Assembly (NCBI GenBank): GCA_009103225.1
Contig: RHPI01002071.1
Span: forward strand, 1-25,101
Length of the DNA: 25,101 nucleotides
Origin: Chlorokybus atmophyticus
Lineage: Eukaryota; Plantae; Mesostigma and Chlorokybus algae
Reading direction: 5' to 3'
Part shown: in pieces, positions 1 through 9,120 of the stretch
How the letters are laid out: the number at the start of each line of letters is the position of its first letter
Position numbering within the stretch: the first letter of the stretch is position 1
Notes under the pieces: generated by a model
The model's input: only the letters and a program-made list of their open reading frames with translations
Databases searched by the model: none
Told to the model about the DNA's origin: nothing
Translations under genes and position numbers: made by a program

Positions 1-83
1 ACCCTAACCCTAACCCTAACCCTAACCCTAACCCTAACCCTAACCCTAACCCTAACCCTAACCCTAACCCTAACCCTAACCCT
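1..83. repeat. Telomeric repeat tract (CCCTAA)n, TTAGGG type; left chromosome end
   Basis: 13 perfect CCCTAA units (2-79) plus partial units at the very start of the window, C-rich strand on + as expected for a left end; abrupt junction to unique sequence at 84. Confidence 0.95.
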
Positions 84-453
84 GAATTACCTTAATGTTA
101 AGATTCAACTAAACGAAAAATCGCATCGTTAGGCCACCATTTGGTCACGCATGAGATTGATCAAATGGGATCGCAACGGTGACAACAGCCAGTTGCTTAA
201 AAAGGCAGCGAAATGGCCAATCATTGCAACGATGCGTAAAAGATCCAAAAAAATATCTCAGCGGCAACCGCTTACCAACGGCGACCCAAAATTGCTAGGG
301 ATTTGGTGCAATTGCGGCATAGTTAGTGGTTAAAACGGCCGCGTTTTTGGCGGCACGAGGTCGGGGCATAACGTGGCTTACGGTTATTACGCAATGCCTC
401 TGTTAGTACAATATATATTATGTAAAGAATAAGATAGTATATATTATTGTAAA

Positions 454-687
454 CGCCAAGAGCATAACCCCGTTGATGGAATAAAAGCTGAAAGATACAC
501 GTGATTTGTATAGCGGAGGTAGACTGTACAGTTAAGGTACATAGTTGTACCTAATTACATTGAAACACTTACTGTACAGTCTACCCCTTTTTATAGCATA
601 CTGTTTATTTTTAAAGATGGGTTGCTGCTGGCGGGGTTATGCTCTTGGCGATAAATAGCGTAATATGCTCTTGAACATTAAGAGCAT
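454..687. repeat. Nested inverted repeats (foldback or MITE-like) in the subtelomere
   Basis: Perfect 19-bp IR cgccaagagcataaccccg (454-472) / cggggttatgctcttggcg (632-650). Perfect 15-bp inner IR ggtagactgtacagt (518-532) / actgtacagtctacc (571-585). Small hairpin atgctctt (665-672) / aagagcat (680-687). Confidence 0.8.
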
Positions 688-716
688 CTGTATGCTATAA
701 AGCAGTTTAATACGCT

Positions 717-853
717 CATCACGCCCGTTACATCACGCGCATTACGTCACGTCTATTATGCCATCACGCTCATTACGCTGATTACGTGTTGCACTGTATC
801 CCATCACGCCTTGTCCATCACACGCATTACGCCTGATGACAAACCCGTCACGC
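717..853 (+). repeat. Array of short CATYACGC motifs
   Basis: Exact CATYACGC at 717, 731, 762, 771, 802 and 825; near matches at 740, 780, 816 and 846; all in the same orientation. Confidence 0.7.
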
Positions 854-1567
854 GCTACTCCCTCAATGTTAAGAATATGCACACTTACATTTGCAATAAT
901 GTCATGCTCTTCGCGGTTAGTCATATTCTCTAAAGCACTAACACTTGCCTGTATCAGCGTCGGTGATCTCAAAACGTATGCTACAAGCGGGGTTATTCTC
1001 CTGGAGCAAAGTCTTTTTGCGGGGGTGGACTGTATAACGCACACATGACGCATATGTGCATCGTGCATGTTGTGCGCAAAATGTATTTCTTTTATTCATT
1101 CGCATACTTTGTGCAATTGCACGATATGGGGATGTGCTTTGGAAGGTTGAGATTTGTTTAACACAAATTGAATGGCCGATAGCTGATAAACGTCGCATAG
1201 CCAATGAGAGGCAGGCGGGCTGCTCGGTATGCGCGGCAGGCATGTAGTCTTGGCTGCCGTGTGTGATGGCCCTCAGTGCGCGTGATGTGTCTTTGTGCCC
1301 TAATGCCGGCCTCCCGGCCGGCCGGCCGGCCCAATCCCGCCCAATCAGCCGCACCGCTAGCGACCCGTACGAAGCAGCACACGCCGTTATCATACCAACC
1401 GTAGCGCCGGCAAATGTTGCCAGCGCCTCCACGGCGCTGACCACAGGGTACTCCACGGCAGTCGCTATCAACAGCCAAGGCAAGCAACTGTTGCAGACCA
1501 AGCGAGGGCGTTGGCGCAACAATTGAGGGGGGTAATCGCCCCGCTGCTGCCTCCTTTGGTTGAAGAC

Positions 1568-2990
1568 ATGCCTGAGGATCAACGCGATGCAGGGCGAGGG
1601 TACCTCACCCCGCAAGGGGACACCACACAACGATGAGGAGCTGGTATGGTGGGGGAGCAACAACTCCGTACCGCACTCATCCAGCAAGCAGTCATGTTGC
1701 ACAGGCCTGAGAGCATCACATTAAGACAGATGATGGGGATGCAAGAGGGCAGCGCCGCACGAGCCCGTCTCGTGACATGGCTCGTTGCCAATCACCCTGC
1801 TGTCCCCCTGTTTGCCTTTGGCAACCGAGCATCATGGTTGGGGGCATTCGTTCGTTCGCTGCGACAAGCATACGACGAGGCTGCCACCACAGCCCCGGAC
1901 ACGCTGGAGGGAGTGCAAGAGGCAATGCTGCGGCTGCCAGGGGTGGAAGCCGCACGACAACGGCGGCGCATCGCCATTGCTCATGAGCTACACGCACAGC
2001 AGACTGACCTCCAGCGCACCCTACGCGCGCGCGCCATGACCGTGCTCGATGTGGGAGTGGTACAAGGAAGGTGGGATGCCTACATGGCAGGGATCTTGCG
2101 AGTCCCCACCATCACTCACGACATGCGGCGACAGCTACTACGCGCCGTATACCTGCAGCCCATGCCTCAATATCATCATTGGACCGACACGGACACCGAG
2201 CCCACGGCCACGTGGGAAGGGACGTTGGTCAGAGAAGCGGCTCATGCTGTCCGATGGACGTACGCCGCGGAGCAAGCTGAACGCGAGGCAGACCCACAAA
2301 CACCGGGTCCGCCGGGGTTTCCTCCACAGCCATTGGGTACACCCGCGGGCATGATTCCATCTTCGCAGAGGCGGCATCCACCTGCGCCGCCACCACAACC
2401 AGCGCCGGAACCTCCAGCACCGAGGCCCCCCCGTGTCTACCAACCACCACGACAAGGTCGGTTCGGCAGAGGGAGAGGGCAAGGAGGGGGTTCCCCGGAC
2501 CCAGCAGGCAGAGGAGCTCTGGCTGCCATGCGCTCAGCACCTCCAGCTGAGAGAACTGAGGCAAAGGCGCAGACAGCTCTTATGAAGAGGCTGCGTATCG
2601 ACGCCAATGCTGCCATGGTGGCCAACCAAGGCAAGCACGTTACCATCAACGGCCTGGCACCCAAGCGAGTAATATTGGACACCGGAGCACAGCCTGTCAT
2701 CATCGGGCGCTTCCTCGCGCGGTCCCTCGGCATAACCAGCTCCGACTTGGTGCCTTGCCCGTACGTGTTGGACACTGCCACAGGTAGCCGAGATAAGGTG
2801 ATGAGAGTCACCAGGGAGGCTTTTTGCGTTCGGTTGACAGGGCTGGACCCAACCCACACAACCGACATCGTCCAGCAATGTATGGTCACCAATGCCGGCT
2901 CCTTCGACTTTCTGCTTGGGCAGGACTTCAACTTCCCTGTGAGCATGGGCCTCGACTGCTGGACAGAGCGAGCGTGGTTTCGGCCACATG
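1568..2990 (+). pseudogene. gag-pro: Gag-like region followed by retroviral-type aspartic protease
   Basis: ORF 1646-3232 extends upstream in frame to an ATG at 1568 across one TGA (1634). Pro/Gly/Arg-rich linker, then VILDTGAQPVIIG (DTG at 2678-2686) and DFLLGQDF, matching the two hallmark motifs of retropepsins. No CCHC knuckle seen. Confidence 0.75.
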
Positions 2991-3407
2991 GGATGAGGAT
3001 AACGGGGAGGTGCAGGATTTCCTGCTTCTCGAGTTTGTCTCGCGCACGCGCGCCCAACGCAGAGTGGCTGCCGTGGCCACATGCAGCCACACCCGCACAC
3101 GGGAGGCTGCAAAGGCCACATACGACGGCGCTCGGACGCAAGTCGCTGCTGGTGTCACGGCCCCGTGTCGAACCGCCGACTCCTCTCCCACCCCGTACAA
3201 CGAGGAGCAGGAGGATGCCACCGTGGAAGTAGCATTACAAGACCCAGCTGAACGGCGTTGGCGCGCACAGGTGGATGCGCACGTCTTCGCAGCCATCCAC
3301 TGATCACCACGTGCTTCCCCAACCACCAAAGCTACATCAAGATGCGGGACCACCATATGGTGGCCACCGGAGTGGTGGAGTTCCACACCTTTCGCAGGCA
3401 ACAGGGC

Positions 3408-4338
3408 ATCACAGTGTTGGAGCTGTTTGGAGGCATTGGCAGCGGTCTTGCTGCGGTCCTCAACACGGGCGTGAAGGTTGTTAAATACTATTACTGCGAC
3501 CCAGAGCCACACGCGCAAACAGTCCTCAAGCACCACTTACGCCAATTGCACGAAAGGTATTCACGTCAACTACCCCTCTCAGCGTCGCAAGGCAGCCTCA
3601 AAGCCTTGCCACAAGACATCCGGCTGATCACTGAAGATCACCTGCTGTCCCTCGGCAACGTCGACCTATCAATAGCTGGATGGGAATGCCAAGGGCACTC
3701 CAGGGCAGGCAAGGGGCAAGGCCTCGAAAAACCCTCGCTCCGGGCTGTTCTGGGAGATGATGAGAATCATCCACCTCCTTCAACACCACCAAATCTCCAG
3801 ACCCCTGGGGTACGTCATCGAAAATGTGCATTCAGAGGACGACAAGCGTCCGCACGTGGCCTCCAGCTACCGACAAGTTTGCTCCATTCTGGGGCACCCA
3901 CTCAAGGTAAACGCGGCACGACATGGCTCGCGCGCACATCGTGTATGTGCCAAGTGGACAAACTTGGCCACCGTGGAAGACCTCATGACCGCAGAATACA
4001 CGCGCAGCGCTCGGCCGCGCAACCTGCTGGTCCTTGACCCCGGCCGCACAGCACAACCTGTCCTGCGTTATGATCACCACCATTTCTACCCGTGCAATCA
4101 GCCCGGGCAGCCCCGTTGCGCACTCCCCACATTGGTGTCCTACCCGGGCTCCTACGCATTTCAGAACGGTGGTGACGGGATGGTGTTTGATGCGACCACC
4201 AACAGGCTGAAAGAACCCAACGCACGCGAACGTGAATGCGCCATGGGATTCTTCCCCAACAGCATCACGGGCTCATCGCTGACAGATAGTCAGCAATGCC
4301 AGCTGCTTGGTCGCGCCATGGACCAGAACAGCATGGTA
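3408..4338 (+). pseudogene. C5-cytosine DNA methyltransferase domain embedded in the pol polyprotein
   Basis: Motif I ITVLELFGGIG (FxGxG, 3408-3440); motif IV-like IAGWECQGHSRAG (Cys codon 3687-3689); motif VI YVIENV (3811-3828); motif VIII-like GSRAHRVCAKWTN (3925-3963); motifs IX-X RERECAMGF...LLGRAMD (4225-4323). Removing one A from the A5 run at 3727-3731 joins ORFs 3258 and 3757 as GLENPRSGLFWEMMRII. Confidence 0.88.
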
Positions 4339-4530
4339 TGGCTGCTGGAGCTGAGCTTCGCATTGCAGGACCGCCACATGTCCTTCGAGGATCTCGAACA
4401 CTTGACTGGGGGGTGGGCTGATCGCATAGCCAACACCAAGGCTGCTCACACAGCCCTCGAGGTGGTCCACATGGAGGAGCAAGCAGTGACAGTGGAGGAC
4501 ATTCCCGTGGTTGCCAATGCAACCTCCTAG

Positions 4531-5946
4531 GACCATGCCATTGGCCCGTTAGCCACAGAAGACACTCGAGAGAAGCTGGAGGCTCTTCTCAATAAATGCA
4601 AGAGCCTATTTAGCTTCAACGTGAAGGAATTGGGTACATGCTCAGTGTATCAGATGGACATTGAGCTGGTGGACACTGAGCCGGTGTTCCAACGGCAATA
4701 CAGGCTCTCCAAGTTGGAAGAGGACCTGGTGGAACAGAGATGTAAGGCGTTGCTTGATGCAGGCCTTATTGAAGAGTCCACATCGGACTTCGCAGCAGCA
4801 ACCGTCATGCCACCGAAGAAGGATTCAGCAGGCAACTGGACAGAACGATGCATGTGTGGCGACTATCGCCCCCTCAACAACAAGACCAAGCAAGACAGGT
4901 ACCCCATGCCCACAGCGGAGGGTATCTTTGATGATGTGGGAGACTTCACAGTCTTCAGCATCCTGGACATGCGTCAAGGGTCAACCAAGGGACAACCAAA
5001 GCCATTAAGGACGAGGACAAGCACAAGACCTCCTTCTGGAGCAACCGACAGTTGTACCAATGGAAGGTAATGCCGTTTAGGCTGAAGAATGCCCCCGCCA
5101 AGTTTCAACGCGTTATGGACAAGGCCTTGAAGGGGCCGGACTACGCGCGGTGCTACATCGATGACATCCTTATCTTCAGCCGCAGCAACGAGGAGCATCT
5201 TCAGCACATCGCAGCGGTGCTGGAACGACTCAAGGGAGTGGGGATGACCGTACACCCCGACAAGTGTACCTTCTTCACCCACAAGGTGCCGTACTTGGGG
5301 CACATGATTGTGCCCCATGGTGTGTATGTGCAGCAGGCAAAAGTAGAGGCTCTGGCAGCTATCCCTGCCCTGACAGACCTCACACGTCTGCACGCATTCT
5401 TGGGACTTGCCAACTACTATCGCCGGTTCGTGAAGGACTTCGCGAAGATCGCAAGGCCCCTCAACGAGCTACTGAAGAAGGAGGTGGAGTTCGCATGGAA
5501 GGAGCCGCAACAGCAGGCCTTCGAGGAGCTGAAAAGCAGGCTCACCAGCGCTCCCATTCTTTAACGTCCGGATTACGCCAAGCCTTTCATCCTTCACACC
5601 GACTGGAGCAAGCTGGGGATGGGAGTGGTGCTGGTGCAGCACGATGAGAACAAGAAGGAGCGGGTGGTGTCATACGCCAGCCGAAGCAACAACAGCGCCG
5701 AGGCCAACTACAGCAGCTATGAAGGGGAGTGCCTCGCTGCAGTGTGGGCCATCTCCTTCTTCCGACCTTTCCTCTTTAGTCGACAGTTCCAACTAATCAC
5801 CGATCATCAGCCCCTCAAGTGGCTGATGACCCACCAACATGCGGCAGGGAAACTTGCTCGATGGGCCCTGCTGTTGCAGGAATACGACTTCGAGATCGAC
5901 CACCGCGCTGGCCTCACCAACCAAGACGCCGATGGCCTCAGTCGCA
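4531..5946 (+). pseudogene. pol: Reverse transcriptase and RNase H of the DNMT-bearing element
   Basis: CMCGDYRPLNNKTKQDRYPMP, ILDMRQG, YQWKVMPFRLKNAPAKFQR, CYIDDILIFS, VPYLGH, FLGLANYYRRFV, then FILHTDWS, ECLAAVWA, TDHQPLKWL. In frame with the methyltransferase across one TAG (4528). Frameshift at 4975-4996; TAA at 5562. Confidence 0.92.
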
Positions 5947-6269
5947 ACCCTCACCTCAGCACCAACGACGCAACTGGAGCTCGGCATGAGCTCGTCCCTG
6001 CAGCAACAGCCCCCACCATGGCAGCGATGTTTGCTGCTGCCGCGTTGCGCTCAGGGCGCAAGACCAACACCACGGCCTCAGTATTGGCAGAGGAGATTCC
6101 TGCTCTTGAGTCTACCGGCCCTGCGGCAACCACACCCTTGGGAGACGCCCACGCAGCCGACATTGACGTCGATACAGAGCTGGCGCCCACTGACACCAGG
6201 CAGGACATATGGCAGGACAAGCCATCACTTTCCTTTCTTCAAAGTGGCCAGCTTCCCTCCGGCATGAGC

Positions 6270-7218
6270 GCCCGAGAGCAGGACCGAATCAACCAACGCA
6301 CCCGTCACTATCGATGGGCAGGTGACAAGCTGTATCACCGCTTCCACGACGAAGACAAGGAAGTGCCGACGCCGGTCACGCGCGAGGGCATCATCACTTC
6401 CCTCCACACTGAGCTTGGACACTTCGGTGTCAAGCGTACAGTATAGACCATCAAGAAGGCACTTCGCAAATACGTGCTGGAGTACAAGAAGAACACTTGG
6501 GATGACCACCTCCTGTGGGTGGCCCTTGAATATCTATTGTCAAAGCAGGCGGCTCTGCGGGAGTACAACCTGTACTACCTGCTGTTCGGGCGACCACCAT
6601 TGCTCCCCTTCCGTGCGCAGCAGGAGGTGGATCGCGTCGGGAACAACCTCGACGACCCTGACTGGATGCACCACGACATCACCACGCGCGCCGCGCTTTC
6701 CGAGCGCACCGTCCCCATGGCCTTCAACAACCTGCGCATCGCGCAGCATCGCACAGCATCGTGACACGCTGCGCTACGAGCGCGTACGCAGCGGTTTCTT
6801 TAAGGAGCGCCAACGACGGTTCCAAGAGGGGGACTTTGCCTATCGCATGGCAGCCACCAAAGACACGCTTGACACCTCCGTAGGCCGCACCGTCTACAAG
6901 GTGCTCAAAGTGTACCCCACAGGGGTGCTGGACCTCCTTGGTAAAAACGGAGAGAGGTTGAAGGACAACATGGTGAACTGTGCGCCATGTCACCTTCCTT
7001 ACGTAGCCGGCTTCGGGCGTATCCAGCACCCTCGTCCCGCGCGCATCACATGCTGTGAACGCTGCGGCAGCGCCGGCGACGACGCGCTCATGATGCTCTG
7101 CGATGGCTGCAACAAGGGCCTGCATTGCTACTGCCTGGAGCCATCTTTGGACGCGATACCTATGGAGGAGTATTGGTGTGACGATTGCCGTACCAACGGC
7201 CCTCCTCACTTGCGCTAG
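6270..7218 (+). pseudogene. Integrase remnant with catalytic core deleted and a C-terminal PHD finger
   Basis: Zn-binding His pair LHTELGHFGVKRT runs directly into V*TIKKALRKY...WDDHL...LLFGRPP, typical of the region after the catalytic Glu. The CxxC and D,D residues are absent. Frameshift at 6741-6760. Confidence 0.8.
7054..7188 (+). other. PHD finger (C4HC3) at the integrase C-terminus
   Basis: CERC-x10-LCDGC-x4-HCYC-x13-WCDDC; all eight Zn ligands, the LCD motif and the pre-terminal aromatic residue are present. Confidence 0.9.
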
Positions 7219-9034
7219 CAGCTGAGCTCTGGAGCTGGAACCTCCCCCAGAGCCCAGGGAGGGTGGCTTGTTGACTTTGTGTGCTACAGCACAGCATGTA
7301 CACTAGGGAGAACACCGACTCCACCTGCTCGTACTACCTAGCAGCAGCAGACCAGCTGCACGAAGCACTTGTCACCATGAGGGTTGGGATCATCTTTTGT
7401 TTTTGCTGCGCGTTACACAGGTGGCGCTGCAGCATGTCCAGCACAGCATGGCTGTCCATGCAGCTGTCCGAGACAGCGTGACCCTCGACTCCCCTCGACC
7501 CGACAGATTTGCTTAGAGAAGCATATCTAGACAATGATGTCTGTTGAGCTTTGTGATGGAAAGGTAGATAAGGAAGTTATTGAGTGAGGGGAAGTGCATT
7601 TAGCGAGTTACAGTCAGTATAACCGGACATCAGCGTAACCCAGATCTGGTGGGTGTAATCGGGGCTATTTTGGGAGTTGTGAGTGGAAAAGGACTAGTGA
7701 AAGGAGTGGGCATCCATGTGGCAGTTACGAGCTGGTTATAGAGACAATGTACTCATTATTAGAGGCGTGGATTGGAGCTGGAGTTGGAGGAGAGCAAGTT
7801 CAAATAGCTTTGACCATGGCCTAGTGCATTCCGAGTTGGTTGTGCTAGATTTGGACATGTGCATTGGCTTGTTCATTGTATACGTAGTGTGACTGAACAG
7901 ATGTTAGCTAGCTGGTCAGCAAGTTGCCATACAAGTGCCATACCACTAGTGCAATACATCTTCGTGTGTTGTATGTTATTGGTGCCTTAGCTGAGATTGT
8001 TGTTGCGTAAGCGTGTGACAATGGCGCATACCATCGTGCCCTGCTCACCAAGTACATCTATAAGGAGGAGATTATCATCATCACCCTCGTGTAAACTGTT
8101 CACTATACATATGGATGGACATGCTAGTGTATGAGTCGAAGGAGAAGACATTGCATGGAGTTGCAGTGTTGTGTATAAGTAGCAAGACGGTGGACATGTG
8201 GTAGTGGGTGCATTGAGGTAACATGGCAGTCGAGGAGACGTGGCGCGACAGAGGGCCTTCGGTGATGATAAACTACACAAGGCATTGATGGTGGGCTAGC
8301 TCAAAGCTGGCGAATGCCTGTGGCATGTGAGCCTTTGCTATTGTAATGTGAGTTGCTATAGGAAGTGGCAGTTTGCTAGACAGAGAGCCAAGTTGGCAAA
8401 CCACAGGATCTGCACTGTTGTATTGCGATTTGTCACATGTGTGTCATTCGCAAGGCAAGTGGTGCCTATGGGCAATTCGTAAGTACATATGTATCACGAA
8501 AGCCTAGGTTTGTTTTATTGAGGTAGAATTGTTACACCCACAGTAAATCGTGGTGGTTTGATAGTTCCGGTGGAGTTTATTGGTTTTGATGTTGGAACAA
8601 GGTCAGCGCATATTGACAAGGCCTAGGTGGCCTTCAACTCGATGGCATCATTTGTGTCAGGTCAGGAGAGCAACCTGTGCTACAAATGCTGAGTTGCATT
8701 CTTCAGAAGAGATTCAATTAGTATTGATCAAGACATTGGAGTGTGTGCGCGTTACAAAAGGGCCACTCGTGTGTTGGGTGCTTGGTCGTTAGCTGTTGAA
8801 GGGGCTCTCCCCCTCATCCCTTGTGGGGTGTGGGGTTGTGGTGTTATGCACATGGGTGTGTTGGGCATATGTGCACCTGGGGCTGGAGCTGTGTAAAGAG
8901 GTTGGTGGTCATCCTCTCCTTCCTTGCGGTGCGCTGCTGCAACTTCCTCTGCATCGTTGTGCTGGTGGGACTTCCTCTGTAGGTCCTTAGGACTTGTGCA
9001 CAAGTTTGCCAAGCCCCGACCAGCAAGTAAGCAG

Positions 9035-9120
9035 TGGTATCGCTGCAGGCACTGTCTACAAGTAAGTACTGGACAAGCCAGTCCTGTACTTACTTGTAAA
9101 CAGTGCCTGCAACGATACCA
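9035..9120. repeat. 86-bp near-perfect hairpin (40-bp arms, 6-nt loop)
   Basis: Arms 9035-9074 and 9081-9120 are reverse complements at 37/40 positions; loop aagcca. Confidence 0.9.

Larger units (their letters stand above)
1568..7218 (+). mobile_element. Decayed Ty3/Gypsy retrotransposon with a C5 DNA methyltransferase and an integrase-linked PHD finger (Gag-PR-DNMT-RT-RH-INT-PHD); LTRs not found
   Basis: Motifs in order: ILDTGA (2672-2689), LELFGGIG, GWECQ, IENV, GDYRPLN, YIDD (5154-5165), ILHTDWS, TDHQPL, LHTELGHFGVKRT, C4HC3 finger. RT-RH-INT order is Gypsy type. In-frame stops at 1634, 4528, 5562 and 6444; frameshifts near 2988, 3300-3400, 3727-3731, 4975-4996 and 6741-6760. Boundaries approximate. 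Confidence 0.9.

Noticed and set aside
938-3536. Long minus-strand ORFs (938-1702, 2437-3141, 2928-3536)
   Set aside because: Antisense shadows of GC-rich gag/pol coding sequence with no recognisable motifs.
1634-6446. All premature stops in the DNMT element could derive from C-to-T changes, suggesting RIP or heavy methylation decay
   Set aside because: Every stop codon is one C-to-T step from CAA, CAG or CGA, so this is uninformative without a consensus; CpG and CpA remain abundant, unlike RIP-degraded DNA.
1568-7218. Classifying the methyltransferase element as DIRS-like
   Set aside because: DIRS elements use a tyrosine recombinase, lack a protease and usually carry an adenine-type methyltransferase after RNase H; here there is a protease, a DDE-type integrase remnant and C5 motifs before RT.
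7256-7300. agggagggtgg followed by TGTTGAC as PPT and start of a 3' LTR
   Set aside because: The purine tract is interrupted and there is no second LTR copy to confirm the boundary.
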